From the NCBI GenBank assembly GCA_020137815.1, contig CM035354.1, positions 8,184,001 through 8,248,000 on the forward strand: DNA of 64,000 bases. The letters run 5' to 3'. Positions 51,436 through 64,000 of the stretch are shown in pieces; position 1 is the stretch's first letter, and each line of letters opens with the position of its first letter. The stretch is from Hormiphora californensis. Lineage: Eukaryota; Animalia; Ctenophora. The position numbers and the translations under genes were made by a program. The notes under the pieces were generated by a model that was not told where the DNA came from, made no database searches, and saw nothing but the letters and a program-made list of their open reading frames with translations.

Positions 51436-53156
51436 AGAGAGATAGGTTCAGGGTGTATGCCTCACCATGCAGCCCCGTTGCTATGGTAACAAGGGGAGGG
51501 TCAGGAGAGCGAGGGAGAGAGCTCTAGAGACCGTTTACAGGAATTGCCAGTAACTCTATTTCATTAAATTAAATTAATAGAGAGGGTACTGTGTCTGATT
51601 AACACACACTCAATGTCATACGAACCCTCCTAGGACACATGCACACTCTATAATAATACCCGGGGTCTGTTATACCCCACACACATACACTGAACACATG
51701 CATTCTTGATTAGTAATGGCAAATATGTCCAGGTCCAAGTGGCGAATATAGTTTAGGCTTCAGTTTACATGTTGGGGGCACAGAGTGGTGAGAGGGTGGG
51801 TAATGTTGATTAAGCTACACCCATATTCTCCTGCTTGAAGGAGGTTTTAAAATTAAAACATTTAAACACCACCCAGAGCCATGTGTTTGGCTGACTGCCA
51901 GTGTTCACACACTCTCCAATCCTTGATACCACTCTCTCTCTCCAACACCACGCCAAATCTTTATACCACTTTTCATTTCAGGCGCTGGAAAGCAGTTATC
52001 GACTAGCAATGGACATGTCCAGTTCCCCCTCATCATCCTTTGGTGGCAGTGGGGCCAGACATTTCCGTTACAACAGCAAGTGAGAGGTTTAGATTGCTTT
52101 CTGAGTTCAATATTCAACATTCTCTCCCCCTTTGTCTTTGCTTTATCCTAGTACGACCTATCGCCCTCTTTCTCTCTGTGGTCGGGAGGATATGTTCTAG
52201 AATCCTGCGTGTGGGGCACTGGGAAGAATGTTTCTAGAAAAATGGGCGACGTGAAATAAAGAGAGTTGATAACTGGATAGGGACATGATAAAATGGGAAT
52301 GTCGTGTTGGTAATTTTTTAAACGGGGCTGCAAACTTCTTGTGCACGTGTGTGCACTGTCATGTACTAAGCAGTGAAACTGTGTATCGAGTATCTCTTAT
52401 TCGCTTTCAGCTCTTTCTCTCTCTACCTCTCTCAGCTCCCTCTCTCTCTCTCTCCCTCTTTCTTGGCTTGAGTGCCCTCACCAGATAATGGCTAAACAAC
52501 AAGAAGGGGACTAGAAAATGTGGGAGGGGTATGCCGTAACATTATCGCTCAACACCGACATGTTACACGCTGGGGTTGGGTCACTAATACCTACACTCGC
52601 ACCAAACTCAAGGGGTAACTTGCAGCAGGTTCTTTCCAGGACCAACATTTCTCCAGAATCATAAGATAGGGGTGCAGGGGAGTTTCAAGTGAAGTTCCAA
52701 TTTGCCACACAAATCAGTCAATAATCCTATATAATTCATTGTGCTCATTCCTCTGCACACAGAATCTTCTCATTCTGCCAACAAGTTTCTTATTAGTGAA
52801 TTCCTTACTACTATCCAATCTCTCTAGTCTCCCATCTCTCAGTCTCCAATCTCTCCAATCCTTAGTCTGGAATCTCTATCTCTTCATCAATTCTTCTCCA
52901 GTCTACTGATCGGATATTTATTGCATGAATTGATCTCTGTACTCCTCCATCGATATCTCCCAATCCATTTAATTTCAGGGATAAATAATGGAGTGTGTGT
53001 ACAGTGTGGGGGTAACATGCAGACGATTATAGTAAAGGCACTCCCATATCTCTCTCCTCCCTCTCTGCTCCTCCTCTCCTTATCCTTTCTCCCCTCTCTC
53101 TCTTCTCTCTCTTCCTCTTCTCTCTCTCTCCTTCTCTTCTCTCTTCTCTCTCTCTC

Positions 53157-53194
<38 letters not shown>

Positions 53195-56100
53195 TCTCTC
53201 TCTCTCTCTATCTCTCACTATTGGACTTTTGACACACTCATCCTATGATACACGCGTCGTCGCGTCACAGTGTTACGCTGTGTGCCATCACAATATCACT
53301 CGTCAAAAGTAATCAATCCTACAATCCTGTAACATAATTCGGTAATGTACTGTGTCATGTTTAAGTAGGGCAGGTCTGAAAGCTGCACTACCCCCCCCCC
53401 CCCCCCCAGTAGTACTACACGTGAATGACGTAGTGATGGAGTCTTTTCATTTGTGTAGTAGACACATACACGCCCCAACCAATACATTTGTTGACTCTCT
53501 TCTCTAGCTCTTTGTCTCCTCTACAATCACCCTGATTCTAAAATGTAGAGGCCAATGATCTGGTAGAGGTATGAAGTAGGGTGTGGGACGAATGTACTTA
53601 GAATGTTTAGTGCTATTCCCTTGAACCTCTTGCTACTAGCAAGTTGCTAGATAGATGGGGGTGCTGTGCGGTGTGTTAATGGGTGAAGTGCAGGTTGTGC
53701 GGCATTCCAAAGGTACCCTTTGATGGCTATAAAATATCCTACCGGCTTCTTTAATCTAACACAATGATAACGATTCCCATTTTTCACCTTTAGTATATAT
53801 TTGTAGCAGTCTTCTCGATAAACTTATCTCTCTCCCTTCGCCCCGGTTCCTATCAATGGTAAAATATCAATATAAAATATCCCCCCCTGCAGTGATGGCG
53901 GTACGATGTCCTCTGAGAAACGTTCCCACGATCAGACCTCCAGGATTTTATCAGGTGAGAGAGATTTGGGAAAGTACCTAGCCTAGACCTTCTTCCAGAT
54001 TCTATCCAGGAAAACCTAGACCTACTAAATTATAACATTAAATTATAACATTCTACCGTAATCTGCGCTACCCCCCCCCCCTCTGGCCGCTAAGCGAGGA
54101 CGAGGGTGGTGCGTCGTTTTTCTCCCTTATCTTTTTTTAGAATGAACTTGGTCGCTTTTTTAACGCTCATTTCTCCTGAATACCCTCCTCTCATTCATTC
54201 CACTCCCTCATTCTATTCCCTCCCCATGCCGACAAAACCTAATATTATTGTGTTTGGGAGATGGAAAATATCACACATCCCCCTGGAGAAATGTTTCATT
54301 TAAATTTGGTGCATAGCAACGCGGTGTGATTTGTAGAGGTAGGTGTAAATGATATGATGCTCCTGGTGATTGGGGTAAATGTCCTCTCCCACCCCTCTCT
54401 AAAGAGATTCATGATCGTATTCTCTCATCCATGCAATAAACAGTAGCGGCCATTTCTTAGCATTCCAGAATGATACTTGAGTAGAGGGGTATAAATCAAA
54501 TAATCGAAAATCGCATATGTGTGTGAGAGAGTTTGAACATATTTTCTATCTCTCTGACTCCCTCTATGTTTGAGTAGGCTTACCGCTTTGGTCTTAAATT
54601 TCACAATTCATACTACACATAGTTATCACACAAACAAGCCACCTCACATTTCCCTCCCTCTCTCACCCTGAGAGACATACCGTCTACCTACCCAGTCTAC
54701 TACCATCCTAATAGTGCTCAATAAGAAGATAATACAGGGTATATTACCAACCTCCAACCTCCAACTATTAATAATTAACTACCCCACCAGGTTCCCTGGG
54801 AGACTCCCTCTCCACTTCCTCTGAAGCAGCTGAAGCCCTGACCCATTCCTCCGGGGGCAGTGATCCCAGTAAGGACCAGATATCTCCCCTCATCCTCAGC
54901 TCCCCACCACCCACCCGGGCCTGTCCCCCAGCTCCCCGGTCTCTAGCCTCCTCTACAATGAGCAGGGGAAGGTGAGTGTCGCCCCGGTCCCTAGCTGGGA
55001 GCGAGGCTATTGAATTATTTACTCAAAACTGTTCTATTATTAGGCTTGAAGCATTTTCATTGTCATGCATTTTTAACTGACCTCCCCTCTCGTCCATGAA
55101 TAATCAATAATCCCCCCTCTCTTTCTACAGTTCCGTGAATAGAGACTTCTACAGAGAGTCTCTGGAGTCACTGCCCACTACAGCTACACTGGGGGCAGTG
55201 GAGTACATTGTGTTGCCCAATCAGGGTAAGGGGATCGGGATAGGAATCTCTGGAAGGACTGGGATAATCATCAGGAACATTCTACCTGGCTCCATCGCAG
55301 ATAAGGTTAGTTTTTAGAGAAGAGAAGAAAGGTGAGAACTGGAGGAGGTGAGAATGTTTGGGAATTCGTTATTCAACTGCTCCCCCCTCATTTATAGCGA
55401 CTAACTCCTACATATTGATGCAGTGTCAATTCATTAAACTACCTCTATATTATCTAGCTGATCCAACACACATATTATATCTTCCTGGCCCCTAGTTGGT
55501 TAAATATTAAGATGACGGTAGTTGCTAGGGTAGTAGTTAGGATAGTTTGTTTGCATTACTGGGATGCTGCTGGCCCCTAGTTTGTGTGGGTGTATCAGGA
55601 TGGGGGGGGGGGGGGTAAGATGCCACGAGGGGGGGGGGGAGGATTATCTCCATGACAACTGGACAAATTTCATGTTCTTCCTTCTTCCCTGATCACACTG
55701 GTTACTGGGCTGGGACCTTCACACTGGTTACTGGGGGACCCCTTCTAGACGCGGTGACAGGCCGGGAAGTTGCTCCAGCACCTGGAACGTGAATGTGGTA
55801 TTGTGTATTCACTGACTGTATAGTGCATGTGAGCTGTGGGGCGTGTAACAAGTGAAGAGGAGGAGGGAGGGAGGGGAATGAGAACTTAGTGAGATACTAG
55901 CATGCAAACAGGTGTAATGTGCAGTGTTGTTACATTCACTGACCTTCCCTTCCTCTCGTCCCAATGATGGAACAATATAGGCTTCTTTTAGGGATCATGG
56001 ATGGTCGATTTAATGTGTAGGCTATCCTACTAGGGGCGTGATTTAGAACTGGGTTGATAAAGAACCTACTAGAAGCTTCCCCTACTATCCTGGGACATAT

Positions 56101-59100
56101 CATTAGAGTTAGACCTAAGGAATGGGAGAGATTTAAGAGAATAGTTTAGAAGTTAGGACTTTAAGGCCAGAGGGGGGGGTCGACGGGTTTTTTGGGGTGT
56201 TTTTTGAGGTATACGTTATATGAAAGCGCTGGGCAAGGCGGATCGATTAGAACAGACGTCATCGATGTTGCGCGCACCGTTTGGCCAAAATTTGGGGGTT
56301 AACATTTGGCCTATAATGGATGTTAACCCCTATAAATCAGGATTGGTGGGGTCTAGAACATCCATCATTGTACCAAAGGCTTCGTCTTGTCTTGATACAA
56401 CTTCCTGAAAAGTTTTATGTCGTTACTCCAACTACTTCTTGATTTTTTGGGGGTTTACAAAATATGCGGAAAAAGCCCTTTTTGCCTCTAATTTTGCTCT
56501 TTTTTGGGACATCCTGCCTAACTTCCTGAAATAACGGCTAGGACTCAGACCTTGCCGTTTGGCATAGTTGTTCTAGAGACCGTGTTCTTCAAATTTGGTG
56601 TAGCGATTTTTGATTAAGGCCCCCGTTAAAAAATTATAGGGGTTAACATTTGTTTTGTCCATGAAAATTTTATGTAAACCCCTATAATTTTTGAACGGGG
56701 GCCTTAATCAAAAATCGCTACACCAAATTTGAAGAACACGGTCTCTAGAACAACTATGCCAAACGGCAAGGTCTGAGTCCTAGCCGTTATTTCAGGAAGT
56801 TAGGCAGGATGTCCCAAAAAAGAGCAAAATTAGAGGCAAAAGGGCTTTTTCCGCATATTTTGTAAACCCCCAAAAAATCAAGAAGTAGTTGGAGTAACGA
56901 CATAAAACTTTTCAGGAAGTTGTATCAAGACAAGACGAAGCCTTTGGTACAATGATGGATGTTCTAGACCCCACCAATCCTGATTTATAGGGGTTAACAT
57001 CCATTATAGGCCAAATGTTAACCCCCAAATTTTGGCCAAACGGTGCGCGCAACATCGATGACGTCTGTTCTAATCGATCCGCCTTGCCCAGCGCTTTCAT
57101 ATAACGTATACCTCAAAAAACACCCCAAAAAACCCGTCGACCCCCCCCCCTCTGGCCTTAATCAGTCTCTAATACCCTACAATATGTGAAGGGAGCAATA
57201 GCAATGGACGAATGATATGATAATATTATGATCATAGAGAGGGAGAAACGAGAGAACGATAGCAGAGGCAGCTCTAGACAGTTTTACTGCTGAACACCTG
57301 ACTCACACCACATCACATGTCCTTCACACTCATCCCTCCTATGTGAGTCACAAAGGATGGTTTGTTTATCAATCCCAAGTCACGAGAGGTCCTTGGGTGA
57401 ACATTGTTCACTTGGTCTAGAGGCCTCAGGCCACATTGCACAATACCTCACATGGGTTCTGAGTGATAAAAAAGACATGCTGAAAGTACAGGTGTACCTA
57501 GGAACCAGACGGGAAGTAATAGAAGCCTAAAACAACATCTCACCCCATCCCTGAAGTAGGTCTAGGAAGGTTCTAACATCAGACATGCTCCACCCTCCTG
57601 TCAGAACTGCTGCACAACTCGTTACAAATGGTGCACCGAACTCCAAGGGAGGGAAATCTGGATTTTCGTTCTCTGCGTCACGCGCGCAACACCGGGTGTG
57701 TTGAAAGTATATCGTGAGAATGGTGTCAGCAGTGTGTCTGCGACGCGCATCACGTGGTTGAGAGATAGCGCGACAAGAGGGGTCGGGGTTCGGTCCAAAT
57801 TCAAGAATATTCATTCCCTTCTTTTCAGGACGGAAGATTGCAAATCGGCGACCATATCCTACAAGTGAACAACATAAAGTGTACTAGAATGGGACAGAAG
57901 GACACAAAGGAGGTCGTTATTCCAGAGCTGAGGAACTCCACTCCTACGGTTAGTAAAACTGATATCTCTCAGTTTAGGTTGCAATACAGTTTACAGTGCT
58001 ACAATCATATCACCATTTACCAGGTCCGTTTGTTAGTTCAGCATGCAGTCCTCAGGACAGCTAGCAAGGATTCTACACCTGCTAGTACCCCCTCAAAAAG
58101 TGGGGCGGGTGCCACTCTTCCCACCCAGAAGCACCCTGAAAATGGTCTGGATCTGCTGCTCCCTGAGGCACTCTGGTCTGATACCCACCCGACTGCACCC
58201 ATTGCGTATCGGTTTGGTACTGTCGTCCTACCCGCACCCTCATTTGTCAGGTCAGTGGAAAATAGCTATTGTTATGTTCTAACCCTCCAGGGCGCCCGAA
58301 ACACAGTCTAGCCAGGCAACCTAGCTAACGTCCAGTACCTACATATTGGAATGTAACACACCATTCTTTCCTCAGCTGGAGTAAGGATACCCACTTTATA
58401 ACCCTCTCTCGGCTTTCTAACGGGTTTGGATTCAGCATCATGGACTACAAGGAACCGAAGAGCCCGGAACCTAATTCCATATTAATTGTCCGGCAGATCA
58501 CACCATTTGGGGCAGCTGACCTAGAGGGGCACCTTTGTCTGGGAGAGAGGATAGTCAGGGTGAACGGGGAGCATATCACACAACATTCTATAGAGGATAT
58601 TGTAACACTGATCAAGCCCTGTAATGTTCTTCACCTTGAGGTATGTGGCATTTGTTAGGCTACACATATTCCTCCCTAATCCTGCTGCTCACAGATGTGT
58701 CACTGTCATGCACAAATAGAAACCCAACCCATTCCAAAGTAACATTTTGTTACTTTTCTTCTAAATTCCTGGACTATTTTCAGATGAGACGGCCGGTAGA
58801 GACTGCGGAATGGAAGGCTCTTCTCTCTACAAATATCTCAGCTATCCCTTTAGTCAGCGGAGCTAGAACTCCCAAAGCAGAGGTACGCGTTTAATAGAGT
58901 CTGCTAGATTGTCAGAAATTTAATTTTCTCATCCCCAATTTTTCAAAACAAGTCTGCTTAAATTATTCGAACATGTCAGTCCCTACTCATGATCTTGACC
59001 CGGTATCCTAATTCCCTCCATCTCTCCTAGGATACAGGGATCAGCACCTCGACTCTAAACGTGGCATGTAGAGCACCCTCTCCTCCTCCCCTAATGGAAT

Positions 59101-60179
59101 CACCCATGGTCCGACCGGGCAGTTCTGGGGAGACACTAAACATAACGGATCACAGCAGTCAGAGTGGTGAGAGGGCCAGCAAGGGAAGTGCATCACGATA
59201 CGAGCCCACCAACCTGCTAAGTGTCAGCCAGATGACAGGGGGACGGGTCCAGAATGACGGATCGGCAGGGGGTGACAACCATACTGTGAGGGGACGGACA
59301 CTGGAGCGGATATCTTCACCCCCTAATAGCGCCGCGGACTACCAACAAGTGGATAACAGATCACGAGCCAGATCATGTGACCGAAGGGGAATGAATGACT
59401 ACAGGGATCACACTGAGTACCACCATTCTAGAGATTACTCCCGGGGGTACAGCCCAGCCAGGACGAGCTCCTACTACGGCCGGCAACACGACCAAGAACC
59501 CAGGGCAGTCCGGTCTCCACCCCGCGACTCAGTCCGGTCTCCACCCTGTGACTCAGTTCGGTCTCCACCACGAGACTCAGTGAGATCACCACCACGGGAC
59601 TCTTCAGACAGGTTCCATTACAGCACAGGGAGGGAGGGAGGAAGGCAACCTAGACCACCCCCTGATCGGAGACATCCCACTACCAGAGTTAGATCACCTG
59701 ACTCACGGTTGGGCAGGTACCGTCGAGTTACACCGGGTTACAGCGTCCAACCAGAAAACACCCCAGCCACCATACAGGCAACCTCCCGTCTATAACAATG
59801 ACTACGAGACTACATTTGAGGCCCGGGCTCCCATGAAACGAAGTGTGAGTTTTCTTTCTAAAAACTAGAATTATACAACTCTATATTTTCAAGCGTCCTA
59901 ACTAACAACCAACTAACACCCTTACTACTCGTACAGGTGTCGTCAGGTAGTGGTACTGGTTCAGAGATCCAGTCGATAGTTAGCTCTGTACCTGGTCTCA
60001 ACAACGAGGAACTAACGGCAATGTGGCGAAACAGGGACCAACCACCACCAACAACAGCTCTCACGGGTTTAGAGGACAATCGATCTTGTGATTCTCAAGG
60101 AGAGGACACTTTAAATAATTCACTTTTTGAAGAAGCATTTTATAACATTTTTGTGACGTCTGGTTGTAAAGATTTCTAA
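49725..60179 (+). CDS. PATJ/MPDZ-like multi-PDZ scaffold (3 PDZ domains seen, about 15 exons)
   Basis: PDZ1 near 50730-51270 (GSGFGFSLV..VREGDKVL). PDZ2 split across 55131-55305 and 57829-57947 (GKGIGIGISG.TGIIIRNILPGSIADK|DGRLQIGDHILQVN). PDZ3 58376-58641 (WSKDTHFITL..GFGFSIMDYKEP, resembling MPDZ GLGFSILDYQDP). Arg/Ser/Pro-rich tail. 5' exons uncertain. Confidence 0.75.
56165..57157. mobile_element. 993-bp fold-back DNA element with TTAA flanks, Kolobok-type GG...CC termini
   Basis: Arms of about 485 bp, near identical, spacer about 56650-56671, TTAA at 56161-56164 and 57158-57161. Lies in the intron that splits PDZ2. Confidence 0.88.
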
Positions 60180-60236
60180 TTGAATTATTTTTATAAAATT
60201 AAGGATTCTCCTCTTTTGTCGAGATTCCGGGATCGC

Positions 60237-60952
60237 TTACTTGGTTGATTTACGGACGCTGCTTAGCTGGAGGTTCTTGTTCTGCCACTTGGACAGATCC
60301 GCTGGGAGGACTCCGTGCTTGTACTTCTTGTGATTGGTCTCAGGGGAGAAGTTTGAAGCCACACGTTGGCTTCTGAATGGGAAATGTTCTTGATAAATGG
60401 TGAAAGTAATCGGATTGGTTATATTAGTGAATAATCGGACAATTCGGGAGAAAACTAGAGAAATGAGCTGTTGTTTATACCTGCAGGGTTGAAAAAGGAG
60501 ATTCGGTGTTGTGAGTTACAAAGGAATGCAGATGACGCACGTTAAAACTCATTTTCACCTCCCTTCGGGCTTTCTTCTCGAAGAAGTCAGGTGACACGGT
60601 TTCCTCCAATCTCTCCCGCATACAACAGTCCTTATTAGGTAACCAGATCTCCTTAAAGTTCTGCTGGCATGTCTTACACTTCTTGGCTGCGTTGAAGGTA
60701 CTTGAGGTGGGCATGTTAAAATCTGGGCACTCTCGTGGAGAGGAATAACAGGGGCAGGGTAAAATCTCGGGTAAATAGTTTGCACGTGCAAAGAGTCCTG
60801 AGACAAAAGTGTATAACTACGTTTGCCAGGCAACGCACGTGATTTACCTTGTTCCCGCCTCCCTCGGCAGTTCCTGGAAATAGAATCCCAGCATCAACTG
60901 CAAGTTGATGCACAGCATCCGTCTCGGTCTTGAGCAACTCCTCCTCTGTGGA
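60237..60952 (-). CDS. Putative small spliced gene, unknown product
   Basis: GT-AG bounded open segments encode ..LLKTETDAVHQLAVDAG.., ..CKTCQQNFKEIWLPNKDCCMRERL.. and ..HKKYKHGVLPADLSKWQNKNL..*. Joining them needs at least one indel. Confidence 0.4.
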
Positions 60953-61667
60953 TCTGAAAGAGTCGTGGAGCGGTCAGCGCGCATTGTGATGTTTTATTAC
61001 AAGAGGGTTATCGCGCGTCACTGCATGTTATCCCGCTGTGTCACACACTGCAGCCGCACAAATCACACACACGCTGTTATCTGGAACTGTGTGAACACTG
61101 AACACACACATACAGCCAATATACTATCTTCTTGTCAGGACGATTCAAAATATATGTCCATTGTTCAAGTAGTGACATAAACTGTAAAGTCGGTCCTTTG
61201 AAATGGAATTAGATACAGTCAAAAGACGGAATTTGAACACAAAATTATAGGAATTTTACACGATAACGCTCTCATCAATATATATATATCGGGTACCTCA
61301 TTTGGGCTTACAAAAGTGATATACAAATAGGAGTAAAAACAGGTTGGAAAAACATTGGCGGTAAAAAGAGGTAGCAAAGTCGGTTTCTATTCTTTCACAA
61401 AATAGTTGCAGCTATGATTTATCAGTTTGTGAGCCTACTTATTGTGAAAATATTGATGGAAAAGTTATAAACGTTCAATATTAATTAGAGGTAAATAGTC
61501 CTAGATCAAAGGAAGAATATGGTCATCATGTTTTGTGATTTTATATGAGGAAACGTTTAAAGGGCCTAAGCTGCAGTAAAAAACCCATACTAAGAAGTTA
61601 TTTTAGAAAAAAAAACATGAAAAAAGTCTTAAAATATATAATCTGCCTCTTGCACTCATATTCTTTA

Positions 61668-62980
61668 CTAAGCTGTCTCTTTTTGTGCGAGTTGGGCGAG
61701 GACTTGTGTCATCTGTACATCTATTTCAGTGTAACTCCTAACTTGTTGGTCTGCTGTGTGGTCATCAGGGAGGCGAGGTGACATTCCCCCTGTCTGATCT
61801 CGCTCCAACTGAAAATAATATTCATTGTTAATACTGTCAATACTGCAGACCACCATGTGTCAGTATGAAGTATTATCTGAAAGCTGTATCTCACCTCTAC
61901 ATAGCTGGGCCCGGGTTCAGGGAGAGGCGCCTCTGGCTGAAGAGGATGCACATTAACATAACTATCACCCTCTACTGCAGCCGCTGTAGAAGGAATGGAT
62001 TCCAGATTCTCATATGTCTGACCAGCCACAGTCGTACTGGTGCTGCTACTTGCTGAGGGAGGGAGAACGGTTATAGACTTCAGAGCTTCGGTTGAAATTA
62101 GGGAATTACCTATCGCTGAAGGTCGTGTGGAGCTGTTTCTAAGCTGTTGTTGCTTCTGTTGTTTTGAATCCTGCAACATGGATATCCTCATGTCCATCTC
62201 TTTACCAAGCTGTTCAGCCTTCCTGCATCTAAACAGGAACTGACCCTGAGATGATGTTGTGTTGGTACTTGTTGTTGTCATGGGGATTGTTTCAAAATGT
62301 AACAGAGATTTCAACTCATTTGGGAATTGAGCATGTTGTACTAAAGGTAAAATTTTACCAGCACATATCTTATACTTCATGGGAATCAGTGTTTGAGTAA
62401 GAAATGTTCTAGGCGTGGCACAAGCAAACAAACGACAACACAGACAAAAAAGGGACAACTGACAATCTCTCCTACCTCTCCAGTTTTGGCACGTTTCCCT
62501 GCGTGGATTGAGAAGATTTTCTTTTCTACTCCATACTTTCGAATGAATTGAAGTTCCCATTGGTAAAGAGGCTCGTGCTGAATAGAGGAGATAATTAATT
62601 AATAGCCTAATTATTTGATTAGTTGATTGTGTGTTTGTTTACTAGTGTACTGTAATTTTCTATGAAATTATTTACCATCCACCCAGTTTTTACTGAAACA
62701 TCACGTTACAAACTGTTAAATAGGCCAGGAGTGAGAAACAGCTTCCCTCTACTGCATACAACACTGCCCCCGCCCCCATCCCCTATTTTGTACACCTACA
62801 TACAACCATACTTTGTACCTTTTTGTTTTCGTAAAACAATATCTCATTGTCCGTCAGAAGGAGGTTTCCTTTGTGGGTTGCCTTGGCAGTCTCCTTTGCC
62901 CTAATGCTAGCCTTGTAGCTGTGGGGGGCTGGTTCTGTCTCAGCAAGAAGGGACTTTAACTTTTTCATGCATTGCCCCAT
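61668..62980 (-). CDS. FRS2: FRS2/FRS3-like lipid-anchored PTB docking protein (251 aa, 4 exons)
   Basis: Exons 62980-62819, 62577-62476, 62245-61895, 61808-61668. MGQC N-terminus. IRS-type PTB (GNLLLTDNEI..WELQFIRKYG..FSIHAGKRAKTGEGQFLFRC). Tyr motifs YENL, YVNV, YVEL, YTEID. Confidence 0.8.
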
Positions 62981-63205
62981 AACAACATGCCACCGTGCTA
63001 TTCTACATGGGAGAGAGGGGAATGAGGTGCTATTCTACATGGGAGAGAGGGGAATGAGGTAGGGCTGGAGGAAATAGTAAAAGGGGCGTTGTGGGTATAG
63101 GTAGTAAGAAAAGGCGAGTTATGTGCACAAATAACACCTAAAATATGAGACAGATGACTAAAATAAACCCTCAAAAACGTGACGTCACAAAGAAAAGTAG
63201 TTACG

Positions 63206-64000
63206 TCACACAAAAGGTTCAAGACTCATCTCCAGAACCGAACAGGGTAGGGAAATATCGAAGTTTTCCAGCACCTCTGGATGCAGGATCCCCAGGTGAC
63301 CTATCTTCTCAGTCCCCAGAAGAATATCAGCGCCCCGACCCGTGAAAAACATGGATTCCTCACTCGCCCGAATCGAGTAATTCTTTTCACTTAGAGACAA
63401 CATGATCCTATCAAGCAGACCATGGACCACTTCAAATCCACTTGTTTTCCCACTGAATAGGGCACAGATCTTCCTCTGGTTCTTGGATCCAGTCTCAGTG
63501 TCCTCTGACTTGAAGACAACATCGCTCACCTCAAACAGCTTGAGGGGCAGGGGCATCTTCCTGTTGCAGCTGGCAGTCTTCAGGATCCCAGGGAGGAGTG
63601 AAGGTCCGGACAACTTGGAACTCATTACTTTTGGGATTGGCGATCTGAACCGCCTCCTCTAGGGCCTTCCCATTTCTGAGTGAGGTTGAGATGTCGTCCC
63701 TGGAGCAGAGGGAGAAGGTGAGGACCTCAGTGAACCCAGCCCTTGCCAGTTCCTCCCTAATTGCATCAGATAGCTTGTTTACCTCCTGCTCAACTCCAAT
63801 GGTGTGCAAGTTGGGAACCTGTTCCGTTATGTTATTGTACCCGTATGCTATCGCTAGATCCTCCTCCACGTCGCACTGGTGCAGAATGTCATGTCGGGTG
63901 GGTCCAATCTCTACTGTAACCTGCTCCCCCACTGCTTTGGAGGGTAGGAACATCTTGGTGAGATGGTCAGCCACAGAATCAGGAGTTAGTACCAGTGATA
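63206..64000 (-). CDS. FARSB: Phenylalanyl-tRNA synthetase beta subunit, 3' part; one extra base near 63600
   Basis: PTRHDILHQCDVEEDLAIAYGYNNI, GFTEVLTFSLCS, NPKSNEFQVVRT(S)LLPGILKT, PLKLFEVSDV, SGFEVVHGLLD, GILHPEVL. Confidence 0.96.

Noticed and set aside
56220-57100. Two identical 62-aa ORFs on opposite strands
   Set aside because: By-product of the palindromic element arms; no coding signal.
63531-63625. Frameshifts in FARSB, ADAT1, iGluR, glypican, LPMO, MBD and PDZ genes as pseudogenisation or programmed frameshifting
   Set aside because: They hit essential genes such as FARSB, are single-base indels without slippery sites, and flanking codons are intact. Unpolished long-read error is the simplest explanation; check raw reads or RNA-seq.

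Overview
Gene-dense eukaryotic (animal) genomic DNA, most likely a ctenophore. The taxon call is an inference from a ctenophore-type iGluR, nested intronic genes, short GT-AG introns and a splice acceptor just before almost every ATG. I assembled about 19 protein-coding genes by hand from splice sites and phase: an unknown 3' fragment, glypican-like, a membrane-anchored PhlG/DAPG-hydrolase-like gene with ADAT1 nested on the same strand in intron 3, BRK1, ATG13, a BAH-domain protein, COX17, a myristoylated acidic repeat protein, a secreted LPMO-like/CBM2 protein, POLD2 with an antisense iGluR and a 1.6-kb palindromic transposon in intron 3, MEAF6, AP1S, an AT-hook+MBD protein, a PATJ/MPDZ-like PDZ protein, an unknown gene, FRS2-like and FARSB. 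Repeats include TTAA-flanked fold-back elements, a nested MITE cluster, a hAT-like element, a decayed L2-type LINE and many (CT/GA)n tracts. Scattered single-base frameshifts, even in FARSB, point to assembly indel errors. Best leads: (1) the intron-containing PhlG-like Zn hydrolase; (2) the non-AA15 LPMO-CBM2; (3) operon-like gene runs whose ATG-proximal acceptors are almost all TAG while internal acceptors are mostly CAG; (4) four independent tandem duplications of whole 3' splice-site units; (5) a glypican with no Ser-Gly sites but a poly-Glu stalk.
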